Positions 22,665-31,109 of a stretch of DNA of 64,000 bases are shown one piece after another. Source of the DNA: Planctomycetota bacterium (GTDB lineage: Bacteria > Planctomycetota > UBA8108 > SXIK01); NCBI GenBank assembly GCA_965223845.1, contig CBDCXR010000004.1, positions 2,656,001 through 2,720,000 on the forward strand, given 5' to 3'. The translations under genes were made by a program, and so were the position numbers. The notes under the pieces were generated by a model. The model had not been told where the DNA came from. It searched no databases and was given only the letters and a program-made list of their open reading frames with translations. Within the stretch, counting starts at the first letter, position 1. Every line of letters starts with the position of its first letter.

Positions 22665-22860
22665 CTCTTCCTTCTTGCGACGAGTTCGGCCACCGGGAAC
22701 CACCATCGGCCGGCGATCCATCTCGGGTCCTTCGTCTCTTCGCCCCTTCGTCTTATCGGCAGAAGAGCGCGCAAGCGCGAGGCGCTCGCATTGTCGGAAC
22801 CAGGTACCTTCCTTCTACTCTCGCGACGATCTCGAGTACGCGCTAGCCTGCCCGGGCGAT

Positions 22861-23790
22861 TCATCCGATGAGCCAACGCCCCACCGCGTCACAAAAATCG
22901 CGCAGACCGTCTGACGCGCGGTCCACGAGGTCGAGCTGACGGAAAAACCCGTGCACCATTCCGCCGTACCGGACGTGCTCGACCTCGACGCCGGCGCTCG
23001 CGAGTCGCTCGGCGTAGCGATCGCCCTCGTCGAGAAGGGGATCGTACTCGGCCGTCGCAACGTACGCGGGAGGGAGTCGACCGAGATCGGGCTCGCGGAG
23101 CGGCGAGGCGTACGTCTCCGCTGCGCGGGTGAGGTCGGCACCGAGGAAGTGCTTCCAGAACCAGACCATCGCGTCCCGGGTGAGAATATAGCCCTCGGCG
23201 TTGTCGCGATAAGAAGTGGTGTCGAACGCGCAGTCGGTGACCGGATAAATGAGCCCCTGGAAGCGGAGCCGTGGACCGTCTGTGTCGCGCGCGCGAAGGG
23301 CGACCGTGGCCGCGAGGTGTCCGCCCGCGCTGTCTCCCGCCACGCCGACTCGGCTCGGGTCGGCGCCGATCTCTCGGCCGCTCCGGCTCAGCCAATCGGT
23401 CACGGCGAAACAATCGTCGAGCGCCGCCGGAAAGCGGTGCTCGGGCGCGAGCCGATAGTGCACCGAGACGACGAGCGCCCGCGACTCAGCGGCGATCGAG
23501 CGACACAGCGCGTCGTGCGTTTCGAGATCGCCGATGACCCAGCCTCCGCCGTGAAAATAGGCCAGTACGGGCTGCATGGGAGCGGCCGAGGCGCCGTAGA
23601 TGCGGACGGGAATCTCGCCGCCCGGACCGGGAATCGAACGATCTTCGACTCGCGCGAGTTCGGGACCGGGCGGAAGCCCCGCCGCGAGCTCTCGCATGTG
23701 CGCGCGGGCGTCCGTGGGAGTCGATTCTTCGAGCCGCGGCCCGTTCGCCGCGAGTTCGAGAAGCGGAGCGACTTGGGGATCGATGGCCAT
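22861..23790 (-). CDS. Hormone-sensitive-lipase family esterase/lipase (alpha/beta hydrolase)
   Basis: HGGGW, YRLAPEH, GDSAGG, EYDPLLDEG, GMVHGF. Confidence 0.93.
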   Translation of the reverse strand: MAIDPQVAPLLELAANGPRLEESTPTDARAHMRELAAGLPPGPELARVEDRSIPGPGGEIPVRIYGASAAPMQPVLAYFHGGGWVIGDLETHDALCRSIAAESRALVVSVHYRLAPEHRFPAALDDCFAVTDWLSRSGREIGADPSRVGVAGDSAGGHLAATVALRARDTDGPRLRFQGLIYPVTDCAFDTTSYRDNAEGYILTRDAMVWFWKHFLGADLTRAAETYASPLREPDLGRLPPAYVATAEYDPLLDEGDRYAERLASAGVEVEHVRYGGMVHGFFRQLDLVDRASDGLRDFCDAVGRWLIG

Positions 23791-23916
23791 CGTGTACTCA
23801 CAATGGGGTGGGAGTCCCCTCGATGCTCGGCGCAACCGAGCTGCGCGAGGGTCGTTGACTGAGGAAGTCTGCGGTGAACAATGTCTCCCGTCAACCTCCC
23901 CTGCGATCCCATCCCG

Positions 23917-24906
23917 ATGATCCGAGTCGACGGTCTCTCGAAGACGTTTTACGTCCACCGCAAGGCGCCCGGCGTCCTCGCGTCACTTCGCTCGCTCTTC
24001 AGGCGAGAGCGGATTCCGAAGTACGCCGTGCGCGACGTTTCGTTCTCTGTGAGTGAGGGCGAGATCGTCGGGCTCGTCGGCGCGAACGGCGCGGGGAAGA
24101 CGACGCTCGTCAAGATGCTCGCCGGGGTTGTCCACCCCACCTCGGGGGAGGCGACGGTCCTCGGCTTTCGTCCCTGGGAGCGCGACGACCGGATGCGCCG
24201 CCAGATCTCGCTCATCATGGGCCAGAAGGCGCAGCTGTGGTGGGACCTCCCCGCTGGCGACGGATTTCTTCTCCTCCGAGAGATTTACCAGATCCCACCC
24301 GCGGAGTATCGCGCGAACCTCGATTACCTGAGCCGCCTCCTCGAAATCGAGGACGAGCTCAACGTTCAGATCCGAAGACTCTCGCTCGGCGAGCGCATGA
24401 AGATGGAGCTGATCGCGGCGCTTCTCCATTCTCCTCGCGTCGTGTTTCTCGATGAGCCTACCATCGGGCTCGATCTCGCCGCGCAGCGAGCGATTCGCGA
24501 GTTCATCCTCGAGTTTCGGCGCGAGAAGAAGCCCGCGATGATCCTGACGAGTCACTACATGGAGGACATCGAGAGCCTCTGCGAGCGGATCATCATCCTC
24601 CGAGACGGTGTGATCGTGTACGACGGACCGCTCGATCGCGTGCTCGAGGACTACGCGGGACAAAAGCGGATCGTCGCTCAACTCAGCTCGCCGGGAGCGC
24701 CGGACGAGCTCCGCCGGCGCCTCTGTGATCTCGGAGTCGTCCTCGACTGCACCGCGACATCCGTCACGCTCGAGGTCGCCCGTCAGGACGTCGCCGCGGC
24801 GACGGGGACCCTCCTCGCGACCCTGCCCGTCGCAGATCTCGCGATCGAGGAGATCGACATCGGAACGGTGATCGAGAGAATCCTCGGAGAACGCGGTGAG
24901 AGCTGA
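23917..24906 (+). CDS. ABC transporter ATP-binding protein (ABC-2/DUF990-associated)
   Basis: Walker A GANGAGKTT, LSLGERMK signature, FLDEPTIGLD, TSH. Alternative start at 23881. Confidence 0.93.
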   Translation: MIRVDGLSKTFYVHRKAPGVLASLRSLFRRERIPKYAVRDVSFSVSEGEIVGLVGANGAGKTTLVKMLAGVVHPTSGEATVLGFRPWERDDRMRRQISLIMGQKAQLWWDLPAGDGFLLLREIYQIPPAEYRANLDYLSRLLEIEDELNVQIRRLSLGERMKMELIAALLHSPRVVFLDEPTIGLDLAAQRAIREFILEFRREKKPAMILTSHYMEDIESLCERIIILRDGVIVYDGPLDRVLEDYAGQKRIVAQLSSPGAPDELRRRLCDLGVVLDCTATSVTLEVARQDVAAATGTLLATLPVADLAIEEIDIGTVIERILGERGES

Positions 24907-24930
24907 TTCGACGCCGGGAGCGAGCTAGCG

Positions 24931-25743
24931 ATGCGCATGCGACTCTTCTTCGCGGTTCTCGCGACCGAGGCGCGGAAGCTGATGAGCTACCGCGTCGACT
25001 TCTGGCTGAACGCCGTCGCGGGCCTCGCGGCCGGCGTCCTCGTTCCCTACTTCCTGTGGAAATCGATCTTCGCGCACGCGAGCGCAGAAACGATCGGTTC
25101 GCGGACCTTCGAAGAGCTCCTTCTCTACTACATCCTCGCCGTTCTCCTCGGACGGCTCGTGCAGGGCCCCGATCTCGTTCAGCACCTCGCAAACGATATC
25201 TACCAGGGTGAGCTGTCGCGTTACCTCGTCTATCCGACGGCGTATTTGCCGTTCAAGTACGCCCAGCACCTCGGCTTCGGCCTCACGGGGCTCATTCAAA
25301 TCACCGTTTTTGGGACTCTCTTCGCGATCGCGCTCGATCTCCCCGCCGGTGTGGTGATCACGCCCGGCGCGGTGGCGCGCGGGGTCGTCTCCGTGGCGCT
25401 CGGAAACCTGCTCTACTTCCTGATGGCGTATCCGATTCAGGCGCTCGCGTTCTGGGCGGACAACGTCTGGAGCCTCGCCGTGCTCCTCCGGTTCGTCGTC
25501 TCGCTCTGCGGCGGTCTCCTCCTTCCTCTCGATCTCTTTCCGGACCTGGCGCGCGAGCTTCTCCTCTACACGCCGTTCCCGTATCTCTTCTGGGGTCCCG
25601 TGCTGACCGTGACGGGCGAGCTCGGTCCGGTCGAATGGCTCCAGGGCGTCGGCGTATCGCTCGTCTGGATCTTCGTCATCTACGCGCTCGGCCGCGGAAT
25701 CTGGCGGCGCGGGGAATTTCAGTACACCGGAGTCGGCATGTAA
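24931..25743 (+). CDS. ABC-2 family transporter permease (DUF990-like)
   Basis: Multiple TM helices, YRVDFW, DIYQGELSRYLVYP, PLDLFP. Confidence 0.88.
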   Translation: MRMRLFFAVLATEARKLMSYRVDFWLNAVAGLAAGVLVPYFLWKSIFAHASAETIGSRTFEELLLYYILAVLLGRLVQGPDLVQHLANDIYQGELSRYLVYPTAYLPFKYAQHLGFGLTGLIQITVFGTLFAIALDLPAGVVITPGAVARGVVSVALGNLLYFLMAYPIQALAFWADNVWSLAVLLRFVVSLCGGLLLPLDLFPDLARELLLYTPFPYLFWGPVLTVTGELGPVEWLQGVGVSLVWIFVIYALGRGIWRRGEFQYTGVGM

Positions 25744-25772
25744 GACGGGGCGATGGACCCGTCCTTGTGACA

Positions 25773-26561
25773 ATGCTGCGCTACCTTCGCATTTACTTCT
25801 GTTTTCTTCGGTTCTCGCTGAGCCGCGCGCTTCAGTTCCGCGTCGATTTCTTTTTCCGCGTGGTGATGGACACGGTGTTCTACGCGGTGCACCTCGCCTT
25901 CTTCGGTGTGATCTACCAGCACACCACCGCCGTGGGGGGCTGGAGCTTCGATCAGACGGTGATCTTCATCTCGGGGTTCTTCCTCCTCGACGCGATCTAC
26001 ATGACCTTCTTTTCGAACAACCTGTGGTGGCTGCCGTTTCTCATCAATCGCGGCGACCTCGACTACTACCTCGTGCGGCCGATCTCGAGCCTCTTCTTCG
26101 TGAGCCTCCGGGAGTTCGCCGCGAACTCCTTCCTCAATCTTCTCATCGCGACGGGCATCCTCACGTGGGCGGTCGCCCGCTACCCCGGCGAGCTCGGTGC
26201 GGGACGTATCGCGCTCTTCGTCGCCCTCATCGGCTGCGGCGCGATCCTCTACACGGCGATCTACATGATCTTCATGATCCCCGTTTTTTGGACGCACTCG
26301 GAGTCGGGACTCCGGCAGATCTTCTTCGGCCTCACCCGCTTCGCCTACTACCCCGATGCGCTCTACGAAGGCTGGCTCCGGCGCGTCCTCATCACCGGGA
26401 TCCCGCTCGCCCTCGTCGCGTCCTACCCGGCGCGCGTCCTCTTCGACGGACCCCGGTTCGACAACCTGGGTCACCTACTGCTTGTGACCGCGATCGTCGT
26501 CACGGTGATGGCGCTTCTCTGGCGCCGGGGGCTTCGGGCGTACGCGTCGGCGTCGTCGTAG
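25773..26561 (+). CDS. ABC-2 family transporter permease (DUF990-like)
   Basis: FRVDFF, GGWS, GDLDYYLVRP, C-terminal GLRAYASASS. Confidence 0.88.
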   Translation: MLRYLRIYFCFLRFSLSRALQFRVDFFFRVVMDTVFYAVHLAFFGVIYQHTTAVGGWSFDQTVIFISGFFLLDAIYMTFFSNNLWWLPFLINRGDLDYYLVRPISSLFFVSLREFAANSFLNLLIATGILTWAVARYPGELGAGRIALFVALIGCGAILYTAIYMIFMIPVFWTHSESGLRQIFFGLTRFAYYPDALYEGWLRRVLITGIPLALVASYPARVLFDGPRFDNLGHLLLVTAIVVTVMALLWRRGLRAYASASS

Positions 26562-26601
26562 CGAGTAGAGTCCGCGCAAGATCCGGTCGAAGAACGACCG
26601 T

Positions 26602-27540
26602 TTACTTCGAGAGCAAGGCGTCGTGGTCGACGTTCAGCGTGAACTTCTTCCACGCGACGGCGACCCGTTTCAGGTTCTTGCGATCCTTTCCGAAAAAGAT
26701 CGCGTTCGCGGCCTCGACGTCCTTCTTGTCGCGTAGCGCATTCGCGTACTTCACCGCGGCGCGCCCCCGCGTCGTCTCCATGAAGTAGAACATGACCGCA
26801 AAGGACTGGTGGTAGTAGAGCGCTTCCTTTTCCTTCTCGTGGAACTGCTCATGCGTTGCGTCGACCAGCGTCGCGAGCTCGATTTCCGAGCGAGTGCGGA
26901 TCGCGTCCTTGACCATACGGAGCTTCCGCTTGTTGATCTTCTTCGGATTGAGCGTCTTCGCCTTGTTCTTGTCGCGCTCCATCCCTTCGTAGTACTTCGC
27001 CATCCCTTCATTGTACCAAATCGGGATGTGAACACCGTCGCCGACGTACGCGTGGATGTATTGGTGAAACGCTTCGTGATAGACCGTAGGGATCAACCGG
27101 TAGTAGGGCAGGTCCGATCGGAGAAAAAGAACGCGGTTACCCGGGGAGTAGAATCCCGCCATCGATGGTGTTCCGCCGGCGTACTCCCACGTCGGCAGAT
27201 TCTCGAGGATCTTGACGCGGAACTTGTCCTTGTGCTGGTACCGAAAGAGTTTCGTGTACTGAACAAGGATATCCTCGAGCTCCTTTTTGACGCGAAGGAC
27301 GACGTCGGTAGGGATGACGCTCTCGTAGCGGATGTCGTAGTTCTTCGACGAATCCTTTGCCCAATCGATCTTCGCTGGTCGCTTCTTCTTTCGCTTCACG
27401 ACGTCCTGAGCGAACACGCTCGTCGTCGGAGCAAAGGAAGGCGCCGCAACGGCGCACAGGAGAGAGGCCGCGAGCAGCAGCGACCGCCGTCGATTCGTGG
27501 GTTGAGTCGAGAACTTCGTTCTGCGATGGGCTGGAAGCAT
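26602..27540 (-). CDS. Secreted zinc metallopeptidase-like protein (DUF1570 / peptidase MA-like gluzincin)
   Basis: Signal peptide, AGFY, HEAFH (HExxH) and PIWYNEGMAKYYE third-ligand motif, later YYHQSFA. Confidence 0.8.
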   Translation of the reverse strand: MLPAHRRTKFSTQPTNRRRSLLLAASLLCAVAAPSFAPTTSVFAQDVVKRKKKRPAKIDWAKDSSKNYDIRYESVIPTDVVLRVKKELEDILVQYTKLFRYQHKDKFRVKILENLPTWEYAGGTPSMAGFYSPGNRVLFLRSDLPYYRLIPTVYHEAFHQYIHAYVGDGVHIPIWYNEGMAKYYEGMERDKNKAKTLNPKKINKRKLRMVKDAIRTRSEIELATLVDATHEQFHEKEKEALYYHQSFAVMFYFMETTRGRAAVKYANALRDKKDVEAANAIFFGKDRKNLKRVAVAWKKFTLNVDHDALLSK

Positions 27541-27604
27541 CGATTTCCTCAGTGCTGGAATCCGATCGCCGGCACGCCACCTCGTCGGGTTCGGCCGCCG
27601 AAAC

Positions 27605-29356
27605 TCACTTGCTCTTCTTCGGTCGCGCCTCTTTGACGCCCTTCGACGCCAGCCACTTCCTAAGCGTCGACGTAAACCGCGCCGTTTCGAACATGTAGGG
27701 ATTCTGCGACGAACGCGAGAACTTCGCCGTGTACGCGCCCTTGAAGAATCCGGCTACGCGGCCGACCTCGGACGCCGGGGCCCAGGGATCCCGTTCCCCC
27801 ACGACGACCATCACGGGAATCCGGGGAGGTTTCCTTCCGAAAATCGTCCCGAGCGACCACGAGGAGTCGTTCATCACCTGCTGACCGCCCGGGAGTTGAT
27901 AGAGGAAGTTGAATCGGCCCACCTCCGGGGAGGAAGCGTTCGAGAACTTGGTGCCGAAGAGCGCACGTCCCATTCCTGCCTGCTCCGCAGCGTCACCGGC
28001 CTCGTACTCGGGCTTCCCATCCTCTTTGAGCTGGATGTTCTTCGCGCCGTTCTCGAGCTCCTTCAGCTTCCGGCTCCGGCCGAGCTGCTCGACATTGTCG
28101 AGAACGCGACCGTATTCCTTTCCGGCCGAATTGGGGCTCACGAAGATCAGGTGAGAGGTCTCCTTCTGGAATTTCGCGGCGAGCTTCATCGCGAGCGTGC
28201 TCGCCGCCGGACCGTGCCCGAGGACCGCGAACGACTCCGGTCGATCTTCCTGCGACTTCATCAGCTTGACCAGAGCCTCAGCGAGCTTATCCGTCGGATA
28301 GATCGTGAGGTTTGCGGTCGTCTGTCGCTTGAGTCCCTTGAAGTCCTCGATCGCCGGAATCTGGACGTAGAAGACCTTGCAAAACTCCTCGATGCCGTGG
28401 AAGTACGGCCGAAAGTAGTCGGGCTCGTACCCGCGCCACGGAAGGACGAGGAGCGGATAGCCGTCGCCGACGACCTTCATGTTGAGCCGAACCTCTACGC
28501 CTCCCGCCTTCACGACGGTCGACGTCTTCGACTTCTCTTCCTCCTCTTCGACCCGCTTCTTGAGCGAGAAGCTGTCCTTTACGAGGTCCCACCACTTCTT
28601 CCAGTCCTCGACGCTGTCTCGGAAGTACTGCCCGGTCAGCCCTTCGAGCGAGTAGCGAGTGAGCACCCACTCCTTGAGATTCCGATCCGACGGTTTTTCC
28701 ATCCCATCGAGATGCGCGATGAGGAGGGGAATCGACGATTCGTGCGGGTACGCGAGGAGCCCCTCGACGGCCGCGATCCGGACGGTCTCGTTCGAGTCCT
28801 CGAGCGCCTTCCGAATCAGCTTGAGGCGGCGCCCCTTCCGGTCGATCTTCTTGATCACCGGAAGAACGAGTTTGAAGTACTCGACTCCGCGCGTCTTTCG
28901 GAGCTGATACTTCGCGTGCTCGATGCGCCGGTCGTCCTCCTTACCGAAGTCCTTCACGTACTGCTTGCGGATCTTCCGGATGATCGAGTGGACGATCGCC
29001 TCCTTGGAGTACGGGTATCCCTTGGTGTCGAGGATCCGCAAGATCTCCTCGTAGGCTTCCCTCGTCGTCGCATTCGTCAGGGCCTCGTAGGCGCCCTCCT
29101 TCACGTACCAATCGAACTTGTGAGGATTCTTCGGCGCGACTTTGTCGAGGATGCGCCAGAGCGCCTTCAGCCCCTTCGGAGTTTTCGTGTCGACCTGCTT
29201 GAGCGCGTTGTGTCGCGTCTCGCTGTAGGGCGAATTGAGCGTTTCCTTGAGGACGAGCTCCCAGCGCTCCTCGGCGGCAGCGAAGGACGAGAGAACGCCG
29301 GCGATCGCGATCGCCGCGACGAACGTTCGTGGAGTCGGGGAGCGAAGTGGGCGCAT
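27605..29356 (-). CDS. Secreted HEAT-repeat protein fused to a degenerate alpha/beta-hydrolase domain
   Basis: Signal peptide (AAA-E), HEAT-like LEDSNETVRIAAVEGL, LEGLTGQYF..WKKWW. Hydrolase fold G.GYPLLVLP...VLGHGPAA...VVGERDP...SSQNPYMFE. Confidence 0.75.
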   Translation of the reverse strand: MRPLRSPTPRTFVAAIAIAGVLSSFAAAEERWELVLKETLNSPYSETRHNALKQVDTKTPKGLKALWRILDKVAPKNPHKFDWYVKEGAYEALTNATTREAYEEILRILDTKGYPYSKEAIVHSIIRKIRKQYVKDFGKEDDRRIEHAKYQLRKTRGVEYFKLVLPVIKKIDRKGRRLKLIRKALEDSNETVRIAAVEGLLAYPHESSIPLLIAHLDGMEKPSDRNLKEWVLTRYSLEGLTGQYFRDSVEDWKKWWDLVKDSFSLKKRVEEEEEKSKTSTVVKAGGVEVRLNMKVVGDGYPLLVLPWRGYEPDYFRPYFHGIEEFCKVFYVQIPAIEDFKGLKRQTTANLTIYPTDKLAEALVKLMKSQEDRPESFAVLGHGPAASTLAMKLAAKFQKETSHLIFVSPNSAGKEYGRVLDNVEQLGRSRKLKELENGAKNIQLKEDGKPEYEAGDAAEQAGMGRALFGTKFSNASSPEVGRFNFLYQLPGGQQVMNDSSWSLGTIFGRKPPRIPVMVVVGERDPWAPASEVGRVAGFFKGAYTAKFSRSSQNPYMFETARFTSTLRKWLASKGVKEARPKKSK

Positions 29357-29514
29357 GAGTGGAAGAACACCATCGCGGTGAAAGAAGAGACGCCGACGAG
29401 TCGGCGGAACGAGGACACTTCCCCGATTATAGGGGAGATTCGAGAGAGGATCCCGCCCCTTCTGAGGTGGCCGGGCGGCCGGATTTCGTCGATCGAATCG
29501 CACGCGCCCCGGCG

Positions 29515-30948
29515 CTAGACCGCGAGCTCGCTCGATCCCTCGAGCTCCCCCGCATAGCGGGCGAGCGCGGGCTTCACTTCCGCCTCCACGAACGCTTCGA
29601 CCTGCTCCGGCGCACGCCCCACGAACGCGGCCGGATCGAGGAGCTCGCCGAGTCGCTCGTGAATCGGAGCGAAGTACTCGCTCGCGCGAATCCTGGCGAT
29701 GAGATCGTTCTCGCCCCCGTCGTTTTTGACGACGCCCGCTGCTTCCTGCGAGAGGACTCGGATCTTCTCGTGACACTCCTGTCGACTCGCTCCGGCTTTC
29801 ACCATCGCCATGATGATGTTCTCGGTCGCCATGAACGGGAGCTCGCTCCGAACGCGTCGATCGATCACGTTCGGATAGACGACGAGCCCCTCGCCGATGT
29901 TTTGGAGGATCGCGAGTACGGCATCCGCGGTCAAGAACGCCTCGGCGAGACTGATGCGACGATTGGCGCTGTCGTCGAGCGTGCGTTCCATCCACTGGAC
30001 CGCGGCCGTGTGCTGAGCGTTCGCGACGAGCGCCATCAGATGCCGAGCGAGGCTGCACACGCGCTCCGAACGCATCGGATTGCGCTTGTACGCCATCGCG
30101 CTCGAGCCGATCTGATCCTTCTCGAACGGCTCCTCGATCTCCTTCAAGTTCGCGAGCAGGCGCAGGTCCGTCGCGAGCTTGTGAGCCGTCGCACCGAAGC
30201 TCCCGAGCGCCGAAAGAATGTCGACATCCACCTTCCGGCTGTACGTCTGTCCCGTGACGAGATAGCGCGACTCGAATCCCACCGCCTCAGTGACGAGCCG
30301 ATCGAGCCGGTCCACTTTCGCGTGATCTCCTTCGAAGAGAGCGAGAAAGCTGGCCTGAGTTCCGGTCGTCCCTTTGACGCCTCGAAATCGGAGATCTCCG
30401 CGCGCACGCTCGACGTTTCGGAGGTCGAAGAGGAGATCTTGCACCCAGAGACTCGCGCGCTTGCCCACGGTGGTGAGCTGCGCCGGCTGGTAGTGCGTGA
30501 ATCCGAGCGTCGGGATCGAGCGGTGCTCGAGCGCGAACCGCGCGAATCGATCGATGACCCGCGCGATCTTCGGGAGGAGAAGATCGAGGCCGTCGCGCAG
30601 GCAGATCAGATCGGTATTGTCGCCGACGTAGCAGCTCGTCGCGCCGAGGTGAATGATCGGCGCCGCGACCGGACACGCCACGCCGAACGCGTGGACGTGC
30701 GCCATCACGTCGTGGCGGCGCCGGCGCTCCTCGGCCGCCGCGAGGTCGTAGTCGATGTCGTCCGCCGCCTCCTCCATCGCGCGGATCTGCTCGTCGGTGA
30801 TCGCGAGGCCGAGCTCTCGCTCGGCGCGGGCGAGCTCGATCCAGAGCCGGCGCCAGGTGCGAAACTTCTTCTCGTCGGAGAAGTTCCGCGCCATCTCGGC
30901 CGACGCGTACCGCGTCGTCAGCGGATTCTCGTAGCGGTCTCTCGGCAT
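29515..30948 (-). CDS. purB: Adenylosuccinate lyase
   Basis: [38 protein letters not shown] fumarase-family signature, ERTLDDSA. Confidence 0.97.
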   Translation of the reverse strand: MPRDRYENPLTTRYASAEMARNFSDEKKFRTWRRLWIELARAERELGLAITDEQIRAMEEAADDIDYDLAAAEERRRRHDVMAHVHAFGVACPVAAPIIHLGATSCYVGDNTDLICLRDGLDLLLPKIARVIDRFARFALEHRSIPTLGFTHYQPAQLTTVGKRASLWVQDLLFDLRNVERARGDLRFRGVKGTTGTQASFLALFEGDHAKVDRLDRLVTEAVGFESRYLVTGQTYSRKVDVDILSALGSFGATAHKLATDLRLLANLKEIEEPFEKDQIGSSAMAYKRNPMRSERVCSLARHLMALVANAQHTAAVQWMERTLDDSANRRISLAEAFLTADAVLAILQNIGEGLVVYPNVIDRRVRSELPFMATENIIMAMVKAGASRQECHEKIRVLSQEAAGVVKNDGGENDLIARIRASEYFAPIHERLGELLDPAAFVGRAPEQVEAFVEAEVKPALARYAGELEGSSELAV

Positions 30949-31025
30949 GCGCGGGCGTCCCCTCGCCGGCGCTCATCGAACCCATCTCGCCCTAGCGGCG
31001 AGCGGAAGCGCCGGAAAGACGGCTC

Positions 31026-31031
31026 ATTGTA
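31026..31031 (-). promoter_or_regulatory. Candidate -10 box (TACAAT) upstream of purB
   Basis: ATTGTA within an AT-rich patch (cattgtatatt) about 80 nt upstream of the purB start. Confidence 0.35.
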
Positions 31032-31109
31032 TATTCCGGCGAGAGGAATGCCACCGCGACGAAGCGATGCCGCGAGCGATCGCTCCGCCGCGTCCAACCG
31101 TCGCGGCGA

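Noticed and set aside
29357-30058. Long N-terminal extensions in the ORF track (27605-30058, also 5986, 13946, 40192-41517, 50794)
   Set aside because: The extensions overlap neighbouring real genes and are Arg-rich noise. Downstream starts with RBS, signal peptides or stop/start overlaps fit better.
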